This document shows positions 1-9,096 of a DNA stretch of 37,317 bases, piece by piece; position 1 is the stretch's first letter; every line of letters starts with the position of its first letter. The notes below the pieces were generated by a model. The model saw only the letters and a list, made by a program, of their open reading frames with translations, made no database searches and was not told the origin of the DNA. The stretch lies in NCBI GenBank assembly GCA_044222475.1, contig JBGANF010000083.1, positions 1 to 37,317 of the forward strand, given 5' to 3'. The DNA comes from Polyangiaceae bacterium (GTDB lineage Bacteria; Myxococcota_A; Polyangia; Polyangiales; Polyangiaceae). The translations under genes and the position numbers were made by a program.

Positions 1-141
1 CGTCTGCTCGGTCGGGGCTACATCGTCCTGACGGGCGGCGTCGAAGGCAACGTCCTGACGCTCACGCCCCCGCTCGACGTCGACGAACCGCTCCTCGACG
101 GCTTCGTCGGCGCGCTCCGTGCGGAGTGCGCTTCGGTGTAA
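1..141 (+). CDS. Class-III PLP-dependent aminotransferase, C-terminal fragment (5' partial)
   Basis: Frame 1 reads RLLGRGYIVLTGGVEGNVLTLTPPLDVDEPLLDGFVGALRAECASV*; the G..GNVL.L.PPL motif is typical of the class-III aminotransferase C-terminus. Confidence 0.7.
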   Translation, partial: RLLGRGYIVLTGGVEGNVLTLTPPLDVDEPLLDGFVGALRAECASV

Positions 142-150
142 GTTGGAGCG

Positions 151-1218
151 GTGGCGACCTGTCTTCATGCATCCGAGAGCGACGCGCTCCACGCGCGTGT
201 CCGCGGGTTCATCGCCGCGTTCGACTCCGAGCGCCCGATGCCCGAGAGCTTCGACGCGCTCGCGGTCGCGATCGCGCGTTACCAAGCGAAGCACGTCCCC
301 GGCTACGCGAAGCTCGTCGCCGGTCGCGTGATCGCCGGGGCCGCAGATGCTCCCGCCGTCCCGACCGATGCCTTCAAGCTCGCTCGCGTCTCGGCGTTCC
401 CTCCGGCCGAGACCGGGACCACGTTTCGAACCAGCGGTACCACGTTGGGACAGCGCGGGTCGCACGCGTTTCGCAACACCGGCACCTACGATCGCGCGGC
501 GGAGTCCTTCGCGCGCCGCGCTCTGCTCGACGGCATGAAGGTCCCGCTCCCGGTGTTGGTCGTCGGCCCGCCGCCGCGCCAGCTCCCGGACTCGTCGCTC
601 ACGCACATGCTCGCGCTCTTCGTGTCCCGGTTTGGTACGGACGATGCGTCGAGCTCCTTCTTCCTCGACGGTGACGTTCTCGACGTCGCGGCGCTCGATC
701 GCCGCGTCGCGCGCGCACTCCAAGAGGACACTCCGGTCCTCGTCTGCGGGACGTCGTTCGCGTTCGTGCACCTGCTCGACGGTCAAGGCGATCTGACCTT
801 TCGGCTTCCTCGCGGCAGTCGGTTGATGCAGACCGGAGGGTTCAAGGGGAAATCTCGGGAGGTCGACGCGGCGGAGCTCACCCGCGAGCTCGCGCGGTTC
901 TTCGTGATCGATCCGTCCGACGTTCGGAGCGAGTACGGGATGACGGAGCTCTCGAGCCAGTTCTACGCGACGAACGGGGTGTACCGCGAACCGCCGTGGG
1001 CGCGGGTCGTGCCGGTCGATCCGGCGGATCTCACCCCGGTCCCGGAGGGACGCGAAGGGATCGCCCGCATCGAAGATCTCGCCAACGTCGACAGCGCGTT
1101 CGCGATCGTGACCCAAGATCGCGTCCGCCGGGTTCCGGGCGGCTTCGAGCTCCTCGGGCGCCTCCCCGGAGCGACGCCTCGCGGCTGTTCGATCGCGATC
1201 GACGAGATGCTCGCGTGA
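151..1218 (+). CDS. LuxE-like acyl-protein synthetase
   Basis: FRTSGTT adenylation loop, TGGFKG, SEYGMTELSSQFY and C-terminal GRLPGATPRGCS with the acylated Cys typical of LuxE; start codon uncertain. Confidence 0.85.
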   Translation: MATCLHASESDALHARVRGFIAAFDSERPMPESFDALAVAIARYQAKHVPGYAKLVAGRVIAGAADAPAVPTDAFKLARVSAFPPAETGTTFRTSGTTLGQRGSHAFRNTGTYDRAAESFARRALLDGMKVPLPVLVVGPPPRQLPDSSLTHMLALFVSRFGTDDASSSFFLDGDVLDVAALDRRVARALQEDTPVLVCGTSFAFVHLLDGQGDLTFRLPRGSRLMQTGGFKGKSREVDAAELTRELARFFVIDPSDVRSEYGMTELSSQFYATNGVYREPPWARVVPVDPADLTPVPEGREGIARIEDLANVDSAFAIVTQDRVRRVPGGFELLGRLPGATPRGCSIAIDEMLA

Positions 1219-2192
1219 CCCTCGCCGATCTCCGCGCGATCGTGGACGCTGCAGCATCGGTCGCACGCGACCCGGCGATCGTCGAGCCGCTCGTGAAGAG
1301 CACCGGTCTCTCGCCGGAAGGGGTGAGGCTCGCCCTCGTCGAGCACCTCGAGCTGGATGCAACCGACGCGGAGCTCGAAGGCGTGCTCGCCGCGGCGCGA
1401 ACGGTGCCGCGCGTTCACGTCATCCTCTCGGCGAACGTCTTCGTCGCGCCGCTTCGCGCCCTCGTCCTCGCGCGCGCTGGCGCGCCGGTCGTGACGGTCC
1501 GGCCTTCGCGTCGTGAGCCCGTCTTCGCGACCGCGCTGGTCGATCGGCTCGCGTCGTCCCACGTTCGGCTCGATGGCCCGGAGATCGAGTCCCTCGTCGA
1601 AGGCGAGATCCACGTGTACGGCCGTGACGAGACGATCGCGGACGTTCGCCATCGCGCGCGCGTCCCGGTGGTCGGTCACGGCGCCGGCATGGGCATCGCG
1701 TTCGTCCCGGACGGATCGGACCTCGCGGCCGCGGCGACGCAGCTTTCGCGCGACGTCATCGCCTTCGATCAGCGCGGCTGCCTGAGCCCGCGGGTCGCGT
1801 TCGTCGAAGGCGACGTGTCGACGTTCGCGACGCTGCTGTTCGAGGCGCTCGAAGCGCGAGCCGAGACGGTGCCGCGCGGCACCCTCGGCGACGACGAGAT
1901 CGCGGATGCGACCCGCTACGCGGACTCGATCACCTTCGCCGGCGTGCTGCATCGTGGAACGTCGTCGCTCGTCGGCGTCGCCGATGCGCTCGTCGTGCCT
2001 CCGGCGGGTCGGCACGTCCACGTCGTCCGCTGGGATCCGCGGATGCTCGAGCCGATCGCCCGCTTCGTCGTCACCGTCGGCGCGCCGACCCTCGACGCGG
2101 CGGCGGCGATCGCCCCGCCGCACGCGAGGCGCGCAATCCTCGGTCAAATGCAGCGTCCGCGGCTCGACGGCCCCGTCGATCGCCGCCCGTGA
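1215..2192 (+). CDS. LuxC-like acyl-CoA reductase
   Basis: GTG start overlaps the luxE-like stop (GTGA); DVIAFDQRGCLSPR catalytic-Cys motif and YGRDETI...VVGHG motif. Confidence 0.8.
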   Translation: MTLADLRAIVDAAASVARDPAIVEPLVKSTGLSPEGVRLALVEHLELDATDAELEGVLAAARTVPRVHVILSANVFVAPLRALVLARAGAPVVTVRPSRREPVFATALVDRLASSHVRLDGPEIESLVEGEIHVYGRDETIADVRHRARVPVVGHGAGMGIAFVPDGSDLAAAATQLSRDVIAFDQRGCLSPRVAFVEGDVSTFATLLFEALEARAETVPRGTLGDDEIADATRYADSITFAGVLHRGTSSLVGVADALVVPPAGRHVHVVRWDPRMLEPIARFVVTVGAPTLDAAAAIAPPHARRAILGQMQRPRLDGPVDRRP

Positions 2193-2283
2193 CGGCGCCA
2201 TGTCCGGCGATGTCCGGGCATGTCCTGAGCCGATTCCGCGGGGCGGTGTCAACGTGGGTCATCGCTCGACTTTGGAGGAACCG

Positions 2284-3030
2284 ATGAACCGCACCGCTCA
2301 CATCTGCCTCGCCACGCTCGCCCTCGTCGCCGCCGCCGGATGCGGAGGGTCGCAAGGCTCCGGCTTCGTCGCCATCGACTCGGGGACGAACCCGGACAAC
2401 GACGCCGCCGACGACGTGGTCGTGCCGACGTTCGACGACGCGGGCCCCGTCGTGGAAGCGGGGAAACCCGACGGCAAGCCGTCGCTCGTGAACCTCGTCC
2501 AGAACGGTGACTTCGAGAAGGGCAACGTGCTGTTCGGCTCCGACTACACGTTCGCTACCACCAACACGGTGGAGGGCGAGTACACCGTCGGTCTCAACGG
2601 ACAGCTGTTCAACGGCTCGCTCGTCACGAAAGGCGACCACACGACGTCGAAGGGCAAGATGTTCGTGGGCAACGGCAAGTCGACGCCGGATCGCGTCTGG
2701 TTCTCGAGCCAGCCGATCACCGTCACGCCGAACACCCAGTACTACTTCGAGGCGTGGGTCATGAACCTCTGCTGCGCCAAGAACCTGGGCGACGGCATCA
2801 ACCCGGTGGGTCCCTCGGTGTTGTCGTTCTACGCGAACGGGCAGCTGCTCGGCACGCGAACGTCGACGAAGCTCGGCGAGTGGGAGGGCCTGACGACGAA
2901 CTGGAACTCCGGCTCGGCGACGACCGTCACGCTGAAGCTCGTCAACGCGAACACCGACCCGATCGGAAACGACTTCGGCGTCGACGACATCTACCTCGGC
3001 ACCGAGACGTCGATCCCGCTGCCCAACTGA
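2284..3030 (+). CDS. Lipoprotein with a carbohydrate-binding/jelly-roll-like domain
   Basis: GGAGGA RBS; signal peptide and lipobox (AAAGC); D/G-rich linker; NLVQNGDFEKG...GNDFGVDDI pattern of CBM4/9-like domains. Confidence 0.7.
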   Translation: MNRTAHICLATLALVAAAGCGGSQGSGFVAIDSGTNPDNDAADDVVVPTFDDAGPVVEAGKPDGKPSLVNLVQNGDFEKGNVLFGSDYTFATTNTVEGEYTVGLNGQLFNGSLVTKGDHTTSKGKMFVGNGKSTPDRVWFSSQPITVTPNTQYYFEAWVMNLCCAKNLGDGINPVGPSVLSFYANGQLLGTRTSTKLGEWEGLTTNWNSGSATTVTLKLVNANTDPIGNDFGVDDIYLGTETSIPLPN

Positions 3031-3042
3031 GGTACCGCTCCC

Positions 3043-3181
3043 AGAGACCGCAAGGACGAGGAGAGCGCAAGGACGCAAAAGAGAAGTGGGCGTCGTCGCG
3101 ACTGCGAATGCATGGGCCTCCGGCGTGCGGGCCCCACTCTTCTCTTCGCGTCCTTGCGCGCTCCTCGTCCTTGCGGTTTCT
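3043..3181. repeat. Long imperfect inverted repeat (~47-nt arms) between convergent genes
   Basis: Left arm AGAGACCGCAAGGACGAGGAGAGCGCAAGGACGCAAAAGAGAAGTGGG (3043-3090) matches the reverse complement of 3133-3181. Confidence 0.85.
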
Positions 3182-3202
3182 CTGAAAGGCGCCGGATGGG
3201 TG

Positions 3203-3550
3203 CTATTCGGTGCCCGCGTCGACCGTCGCGTCGCCGCCGCCGGCCTCGACCGCGGCGTCGTCGAACGGGCTGCCGTCGGCGAAGCACGAGAAGTCGTTCA
3301 CGCAGCTCCACACCGGGCCGGATGGGCCCTGCACGCACCGACAACCGCCGTTCGTGCAGAGCTTGAAGCACAGCCGCGTCGACACGTTGGGACAGGGGTT
3401 GCCGTTGCCGCTGAACGCGTCGAGGTCGCAGAGGTCCACGCCGGACTCGCGGTCGACAGATGCGTCGGTCGGCGCGGCATCGGTGGTCGAGCAGGCCACG
3501 AGACCCGAGCTCAGGCTCGTCAACAAAGAGAGAAGAACGATCGTTCGCAC
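3203..3550 (-). CDS. Small Cys-rich lipoprotein
   Basis: GTG start, MRTIVLLSLLTSLSSGLVAC lipobox; 8 further Cys in ~50 aa; DAS/DAG-rich ends. Confidence 0.7.
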   Translation of the reverse strand: MRTIVLLSLLTSLSSGLVACSTTDAAPTDASVDRESGVDLCDLDAFSGNGNPCPNVSTRLCFKLCTNGGCRCVQGPSGPVWSCVNDFSCFADGSPFDDAAVEAGGGDATVDAGTE

Positions 3551-3554
3551 GCCG

Positions 3555-4598
3555 TCATTGTAGCGCGACCCGAAACCGTGCACGCAAGCCGAAGAGTGGC
3601 CGCTCGATGAGCCAAAACGTCGCGCTGGCGAGCGCGATTGCGAGCGGAAACGACAGCGCGAAGACGAACGGCGCCGACTCGCGCGCATCGGGGAACGCCC
3701 GGTGGACGACCGCGATGACGCTGACGTGCAAGAGATAGATCCCGTAGCTCACACGCCCGACCCACACGACGCTGGGGCGTCTTGCCCACGCGAAGAGGAT
3801 CGAGCCGTCCTCCACCGCAGCGCACCCGACGAGGAGCGCGAAGCCCGCGTGGGCGAGCAAGAGCGGGATCCCGATCGCGAACGACGCGACGAAGAGCGCG
3901 AGCAACGCGACGCGCACCTCGACGCGCTGGAGAGCCCGACGCACGAACGGCCCAGTGACGTCGTGATCGAGCGCGATCGCCACGAGACAGCCGAGCCCGA
4001 TCGGAGTGGCGAAGCTCGTGACGATGCGGTGCGCGAGCGGCGCGTCCCCTAGGACGACGCCGCGCTCGGCGAGCTGATCGACCACGACGAGCCCGATCAT
4101 GAGGAGGGCCGGAGCAACGTGCCCTCGCAAGACGCGCAGCGCAGGCGCCCAGAGGACGTAGAACTGCTCTTCGGTGGCGAGCGACCACGAGAACGCGAAC
4201 AGCACCGGGTGATCGACACCGGGCGAGAACCAGTTGCCGGTGTACGTCGCGTAGAAGGGCAAGCAGCGGAAGAAGTGGGCTCCGATCGGGGATCCGCCGA
4301 GCCCCCACGCTGCGTACGCCGCGTAGAGCGCCAGCACCAAGTAGTAGAGCGGAAACAGCCTCAAGCTGCGTCGCGCGAAGAACGCCCCGAGTCGTACCGT
4401 GCTCGTACGACGTCGCTCGCGCAAGAGCAGCGTCGTGATGAGGAACCCGCTCAGCGCGAAGAACAGATCGACGCCGAGCGGACCGCGGCCGAGCGCCCCT
4501 TCGAGCGGCCGGGGCGTGCAGTGGTGCCAGACGACCGGCACGATGCTCGCCGCGCGCAGGCCGTCGAGCGCGACAAAGTGGTCTTTCGTCTCGGCCAC
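3555..4598 (-). CDS. Acyltransferase-3 (OafA-like) membrane O-acyltransferase
   Basis: LDGLRA, GVDLFFALSGFLIT, RRSLRLFPLY, WSLATEEQFY, GRVSYGIYLLH, IERP motifs. Confidence 0.92.
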   Translation of the reverse strand: MAETKDHFVALDGLRAASIVPVVWHHCTPRPLEGALGRGPLGVDLFFALSGFLITTLLLRERRRTSTVRLGAFFARRSLRLFPLYYLVLALYAAYAAWGLGGSPIGAHFFRCLPFYATYTGNWFSPGVDHPVLFAFSWSLATEEQFYVLWAPALRVLRGHVAPALLMIGLVVVDQLAERGVVLGDAPLAHRIVTSFATPIGLGCLVAIALDHDVTGPFVRRALQRVEVRVALLALFVASFAIGIPLLLAHAGFALLVGCAAVEDGSILFAWARRPSVVWVGRVSYGIYLLHVSVIAVVHRAFPDARESAPFVFALSFPLAIALASATFWLIERPLFGLRARFRVALQ

Positions 4599-4599
4599 G

Positions 4600-5565
4600 T
4601 CACCCCCGGACGAGCGTCCGCGTCTCCCCGATGTCGTAGACGTGGAGGCGCTCTGCGCCGAGCCCGCCGGACTCGAAGGCGGCGAGGGCGCGCTGCGGCG
4701 GCTCGCCGAGCGGCTCGTCGGTGAGCTTGAACGTCCCCCAGTGCATCGCGCACATCGTGGCCGCGCCGAGGAGCTCGAAGGCGCGCGTCGCTTCTTCCGG
4801 CCCCATGTGCTGCGGCTGCATGAACCACACCGGGTCGTACGCGCCGATCGGCATCATCGCCCAGTCGATGCGAGGGAACTTCTCGCCGATCGTCCGGAAG
4901 ACGAGCTCGTTGAACGCCGTGTCGCCCGCGTGGTACGCGGTGCCGTCGTCGGCCTCGTAGACGAAGCCGCCCCACAGCCGCTTGTTGCGGTCCCAGGGGA
5001 CGCGCATCGACCAGTGCTGAGCGGGAACCAAGGTGACGCGAAGGCGTCCCTTCTTGGTACGAACCTCGTGGCTCTCGAACCAGTCGAGCTCCACCACGTT
5101 CGGCAGGCCCGCCCCGACCAAGATGTCGCCGCAGTCCTTCGGGACGACGTAGAGCGGCCGAGGCCCGATGCGTTTCAGCGTGGGCAGGTCGAGGTGGTCG
5201 TAGTGCGCATGGGAGACCGTCACGACGTCGACCTCGGTCGCGCGGACGCGCTCGTAGTCCACCCCGGGCGCCGTGTGTCGCCGGGTCGTCCCGACGCGCT
5301 CCGACCAGATCGGATCGGTGAGCACCATCAATCCACCGAGTCGCATCGCGAACGTCGCGTGGCCGATCCACGTCAGGTGAGCGTTCGCCTGGACGAGGGC
5401 GCTGCCATCGTTCTCGCGACGCGGCGTGACGAACCCCCCCGGATCGCGTCGCCGTTTGCCCGCGAGCCGATCGCCGATCTGCCAGCGGAGCAGATCGACG
5501 AGGCCCTTGTCGGGCGTGCGCCCGTCGAGGTTCGTGTAGCCGGCGGCGTTACGAACCGAGCCCAA
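4600..5565 (-). CDS. MBL-fold metallo-hydrolase (NAPE-PLD/RomA-like)
   Basis: TWIGHAT, LTDP, SHAHYDHLD (HxHxDH), PAQHWS, GDT, PIGAY, HWGTF. Confidence 0.9.
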   Translation of the reverse strand: MGSVRNAAGYTNLDGRTPDKGLVDLLRWQIGDRLAGKRRRDPGGFVTPRRENDGSALVQANAHLTWIGHATFAMRLGGLMVLTDPIWSERVGTTRRHTAPGVDYERVRATEVDVVTVSHAHYDHLDLPTLKRIGPRPLYVVPKDCGDILVGAGLPNVVELDWFESHEVRTKKGRLRVTLVPAQHWSMRVPWDRNKRLWGGFVYEADDGTAYHAGDTAFNELVFRTIGEKFPRIDWAMMPIGAYDPVWFMQPQHMGPEEATRAFELLGAATMCAMHWGTFKLTDEPLGEPPQRALAAFESGGLGAERLHVYDIGETRTLVRG

Positions 5566-5566
5566 G

Positions 5567-6085
5567 CTAGCTCGTCGGTGCGGCCTTGATCGGAATGATC
5601 TGGACGCGGCGGTCTTGCCCTTCGCCGTGGCTCTCGGTGCGCACGCCCTCGACGCCCTCGAGCGCCTTGTGGACGATGCGGCGATCCCGCGCGCTCATCG
5701 GGTCGAACGTGATGATCTTCCCTTCCTTGGCGACGCGCTCACCGAGGCGGCGCGACATCTCCGCGAGCTGGTCCTCGTGACGAGCGCGGTAGCCCTCGGC
5801 GTCGACCGCGATGTGACGGCGCGGCTCGCCCGGCTTGTGAACGATGCGGGCCGTCAGGTACTGGATGGCCTCGAGCACCGCGCCGCGCTTGCCGATGACA
5901 CGACCGGCGTCGGGGCCCTCGATCTCGATGCGGATCTCGGCCTCGTCGCCCTCGCCGTCGTCCGGCGCGAGGTTGACCTCGGTGTTCATGTCCATGTGGG
6001 TCATCAGCGTGCGCACGAAGGTGAGGGCGCGCGTCTCCTGCGCGTCCATCTCGGCGGTTTCGTTCTCGGTCGTCGTCTCAGACAC
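5567..6085 (-). CDS. khpB: Jag/KhpB RNA-binding protein (KH + R3H)
   Basis: KH GRVIGKRG, VDAEGYR, R3H motif RDRRIVH, SHGEG..RRV; directly downstream of yidC. Confidence 0.9.
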   Translation of the reverse strand: MSETTTENETAEMDAQETRALTFVRTLMTHMDMNTEVNLAPDDGEGDEAEIRIEIEGPDAGRVIGKRGAVLEAIQYLTARIVHKPGEPRRHIAVDAEGYRARHEDQLAEMSRRLGERVAKEGKIITFDPMSARDRRIVHKALEGVEGVRTESHGEGQDRRVQIIPIKAAPTS

Positions 6086-8027
6086 GGGCTTTACCCTTTC
6101 CTAGCCCCGCCACCTTGGCGGAATCGTTCTTGTCGCTCTTCTCCTTCACGACGATCTCACCGGAGCTCTTGCCGCCGTCGCGCGGCGCGACCTTCTCCAT
6201 CACCAGCTGCTGCGTGATGTTGAGGATGCTGTTGGTGAGCATGTAGACGCCGAGCGCGGCGGGGAGGAAGAGCATCATGACGGTGAACACCGCCGGCATG
6301 ATGTAGGTCATCATCTTCTGCTGCATCGGATCCATGCCCTGGGCCGGCACGATGCGCTGCTGGAGGATCATGAAGCCGCCGAGCACGAGCGGCAGCGGAC
6401 CGACCGGGCCGAAGAGCTGATCGGGCGCGGAGAGGTCTTTGAACCACAAGAAGTGTGTATGGTACATCTCCACCGCGCTCTGGAGCGTGGTGTACATCGC
6501 GAACCACACCGGCATCTGGATGAGCTGCGGCAGACAGCCGCCGAACGGGTTCACGCCGTTCTTCTTGTAGAGCTCCCACATCGCCAGGTTCTTCGCCTGC
6601 GCGTCGCCCTCGAACTTCTTGTTGAGCTCGTCGAGCTGGGGCTTCAGGCGGCGCATCGCGATCGTCGACTTGAGCGACTTCCACTGGAGCGGGAACGTCA
6701 CGAGCTTCACGAAGAGCGTGAGCAGGATGATCGCGAGGCCCCAGTTCCCGGTGACGTTCGTCTTGATGAAGACGAGCGCGGTCATGAGGACCTTCACCAC
6801 CGGCGACCAGAACCCGAGGTTCACGACGTCGTTGAGGTTCTTGCCCGGCCCGCCCGCGGCCTTGAGGATGTCGCGGTCCTTCGGGCCCATGTACGACGTC
6901 TGCTGGTAGACGGCGGTCTCACCCTTCTGCAGCGTCTTCGGCTCGTACGCGAGGCGCGCGTGGAAGAGGTAGCCGGCCTGGTCGTCGTCGGCCTTCTGGT
7001 CGGCGGTCGTCCAGTTCTCGGCGAGGATCTCGCACTTCGCGGCCCCGCTCTCGGGGACGAGGATCTGGGCGAAGTAGTAGTTCGAGATCGCGGCGTAGCG
7101 GTCGACGCCATCGACGCTGAACCAACCGTCCTTGAACGAGTCCTGCGCCTTGCGCTCGACGTCGCCGGTCTTCGCGCACGACACCTCGGTCGCGAACGGA
7201 GACACGCGGCCGAGGTGGCCCTTCATCTCCTGGTTCTGGCGGAACGCGTACATCTCGACGCCGAGCCGGTGCTTCTTCTCGCCATCGGCGAGGTTCGTCA
7301 CCTTCGTCTCGACGTCGAGCTCGAACGGACGCGAGCCCGCCTTCACCGTCTTCTCGAGGCGCACGGCCTCGTCCTCGTAGCGGAAGACGCAGCCGGCATC
7401 GCCCTGCTGTTCGACCTTCCATGGGAAGCGGTCGTACTTCACCTGATCGTTCGCGCCTTCGTCACGGAACGTGGTGCGAAGCGGACGCCAACGCTCGACG
7501 TCGGCCCAGCCGCTCGGCGCGTCCCACGACGAGGTGACGAGATCGGCCGTGCCGTTCTTGCCGGCGCCCGCGTACTGCTCGTCGAGGAGAACGAAGTTCG
7601 TGAGCGCCGCGCCGCGGCTCGAGAACGTCGCGGTGAAGCGGTTGCCCTTGATGTTGCAGGTCTGCGGCGCCTGGACGAGATCGGCCGTGCCGTTCTTGCC
7701 GGCGCCCGCGTACTGCTCGTCGAGGAGAACGAAGTTCGTGAGCGCCGCGCCGCGGCTCGAGAACGTCGCGGTGAAGCGGTTGCCCTTGATGTTGCAGGTC
7801 TGCGGCGCCTGGAACGTCGGCACGGCGCCAGTCGCGTCGGGCGCGGGCGCGGGCTCCACGATCGGATCGGGGGCGAAGTCGGGCGCGTTCGTGTACGTGA
7901 CGTCGGCGATCGACTGAGCGTTTCCCTTCTCGCCACCGAAGAAACCGGCCTTCGGGAGGACGACCTTCCAGACGAAGAGGATGATCCCGAAGATGACCAG
8001 GGTGCGAACGAGCGAATTACGATCCAT
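6078..8027 (-). CDS. yidC: Membrane protein insertase YidC
   Basis: NWGLAIILLT, NPFGGCLPQLIQMPVW, FLWFKDLSAPD, LPAALGVY; in the rpmH-rnpA-yidD operon; ATG overlaps the yidD stop (TGATG). Confidence 0.97.
   Translation of the reverse strand: MDRNSLVRTLVIFGIILFVWKVVLPKAGFFGGEKGNAQSIADVTYTNAPDFAPDPIVEPAPAPDATGAVPTFQAPQTCNIKGNRFTATFSSRGAALTNFVLLDEQYAGAGKNGTADLVQAPQTCNIKGNRFTATFSSRGAALTNFVLLDEQYAGAGKNGTADLVTSSWDAPSGWADVERWRPLRTTFRDEGANDQVKYDRFPWKVEQQGDAGCVFRYEDEAVRLEKTVKAGSRPFELDVETKVTNLADGEKKHRLGVEMYAFRQNQEMKGHLGRVSPFATEVSCAKTGDVERKAQDSFKDGWFSVDGVDRYAAISNYYFAQILVPESGAAKCEILAENWTTADQKADDDQAGYLFHARLAYEPKTLQKGETAVYQQTSYMGPKDRDILKAAGGPGKNLNDVVNLGFWSPVVKVLMTALVFIKTNVTGNWGLAIILLTLFVKLVTFPLQWKSLKSTIAMRRLKPQLDELNKKFEGDAQAKNLAMWELYKKNGVNPFGGCLPQLIQMPVWFAMYTTLQSAVEMYHTHFLWFKDLSAPDQLFGPVGPLPLVLGGFMILQQRIVPAQGMDPMQQKMMTYIMPAVFTVMMLFLPAALGVYMLTNSILNITQQLVMEKVAPRDGGKSSGEIVVKEKSDKNDSAKVAGLGKGKARV
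7536..7813. repeat. Exact 138-bp in-frame tandem duplication inside yidC
   Basis: 7536-7675 is identical to 7674-7813; duplicates 46 aa QAPQTCNIKGNRFTATFSSRGAALTNFVLLDEQYAGAGKNGTADLV. Confidence 0.95.
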
Positions 8028-8311
8028 CAGGTGCTTTCGGTCTTCTGGCGCAACTCGCGCGTGGCGGGAAACAGGGCAGCCCGAAGAGGCGTGCCGGGAG
8101 GCGGAGGCATGTCGACCCCGCCCGGATGAAACGGCTGGCATTTACACACGCGGACGAACGAGAGCAAGCTGCCCCGGAGCGCCCCGTGGTTCTCGAGGCA
8201 GCCGATGGCGTACCGCGAGCACGAAGGATGGAAGCGACACATCCCGGGGAGGAGCCGGGAGAGGGTCTTCTGATAGACCCGAACGAGAGCGATCAGAAAC
8301 GCGGCGATCAT
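8027..8311 (-). CDS. yidD: Membrane protein insertion efficiency factor YidD
   Basis: CRFHPSCSRYA...HG...G...RVCKCQPFHPGGVD motif; operon position. Confidence 0.93.
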   Translation of the reverse strand: MIAAFLIALVRVYQKTLSRLLPGMCRFHPSCSRYAIGCLENHGALRGSLLSFVRVCKCQPFHPGGVDMPPPPGTPLRAALFPATRELRQKTEST

Positions 8312-8793
8312 GGGGTGTTTCCGCCGCTTCTGCCGCTGGAGGGCAGGGGTTGGGTCGCAGCAACATGAGGCCGCGACGCCTCGCTTTCAACCGGAACCTC
8401 ACCGGTCGAGGCCTTTTCCGCCGCCTTTCGTGCTTCTTCACAGTGACGACGGATCGCGCTGCGGACGCCTTCCCACTCGCGCTGCACCCGGTCGAAGGTG
8501 AGCTCGTGCGCGCCCGCGCGCAGCAGGACGACGCAGTCGAACCCGGCGGGGACGAAGCCGTCCGTCCGACGAAATACCTCGCGGCAGAGGCGTTTTCCTC
8601 GGTTGCGGGCCGGCGAATGACCCAGCTTCTTGGTCGCGACGATGCCGAGACGCGAGGGGCCTGCGTCCTCGGCCTGGGCCTGAATCAAGAGCACGAAATG
8701 CGGCGTGCGAAACGCCCGCCCGTCACGCTGAATACGAAGAAATTCCGAGCGTTTGCGAATGCGCCTCGAGGCGGGAAACGCCTCGCCGGCCAT
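8308..8793 (-). CDS. rnpA: Ribonuclease P protein component
   Basis: RIRKRSEF, RLGIVATKKLG..PARNRGKR (RNR motif); follows rpmH. Confidence 0.93.
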   Translation of the reverse strand: MAGEAFPASRRIRKRSEFLRIQRDGRAFRTPHFVLLIQAQAEDAGPSRLGIVATKKLGHSPARNRGKRLCREVFRRTDGFVPAGFDCVVLLRAGAHELTFDRVQREWEGVRSAIRRHCEEARKAAEKASTGEVPVESEASRPHVAATQPLPSSGRSGGNTP

Positions 8794-8801
8794 CGGTCAG
8801 C

Positions 8802-8951
8802 TCACTTCTTGTAGACGGACACCGTCAGGCGATGACGGCCCTTGCGGCGGCGGTTCGACAGGACCTTCTGCCCTCCGGCGGTGGCCATGCGGGCGCGAAA
8901 CCCGTGGGTGCGGAGGCGGCGAAGGTTGTGCGGCTGGTACGTGCGTTTCAT
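8802..8951 (-). CDS. rpmH: 50S ribosomal protein L34
   Basis: [34 protein letters not shown]. Confidence 0.98.
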   Translation of the reverse strand: MKRTYQPHNLRRLRTHGFRARMATAGGQKVLSNRRRKGRHRLTVSVYKK

Positions 8952-8983
8952 GTTCGTGTGCTCTGCCTGAGGCGGGGCGCGGA

Positions 8984-9012
8984 AGAGAACCACTGACCCG
9001 GCCTTCTGTCAA
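8984..9012 (-). promoter_or_regulatory. Putative sigma70 promoter of the rpmH operon
   Basis: Minus strand TTGACA (9012-9007), 17-nt spacer, weak extended -10 TG-G-TTCTCT. Confidence 0.5.
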
Positions 9013-9096
9013 GGAGAGTCCAGCTTCGTCCGTTATTTGGTCCGCGGCCCGGCAGCTTTGGTAGTTTGCGGCCGGGGCATAGGCCCTCCTTCATCC

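Noticed and set aside
151..2192. Bioluminescence operon
   Set aside because: No luxA/luxB/luxD adjacent within the window
8952..9096. oriC next to rpmH
   Set aside because: No dnaA, no recognisable DnaA boxes, no AT-rich unwinding element
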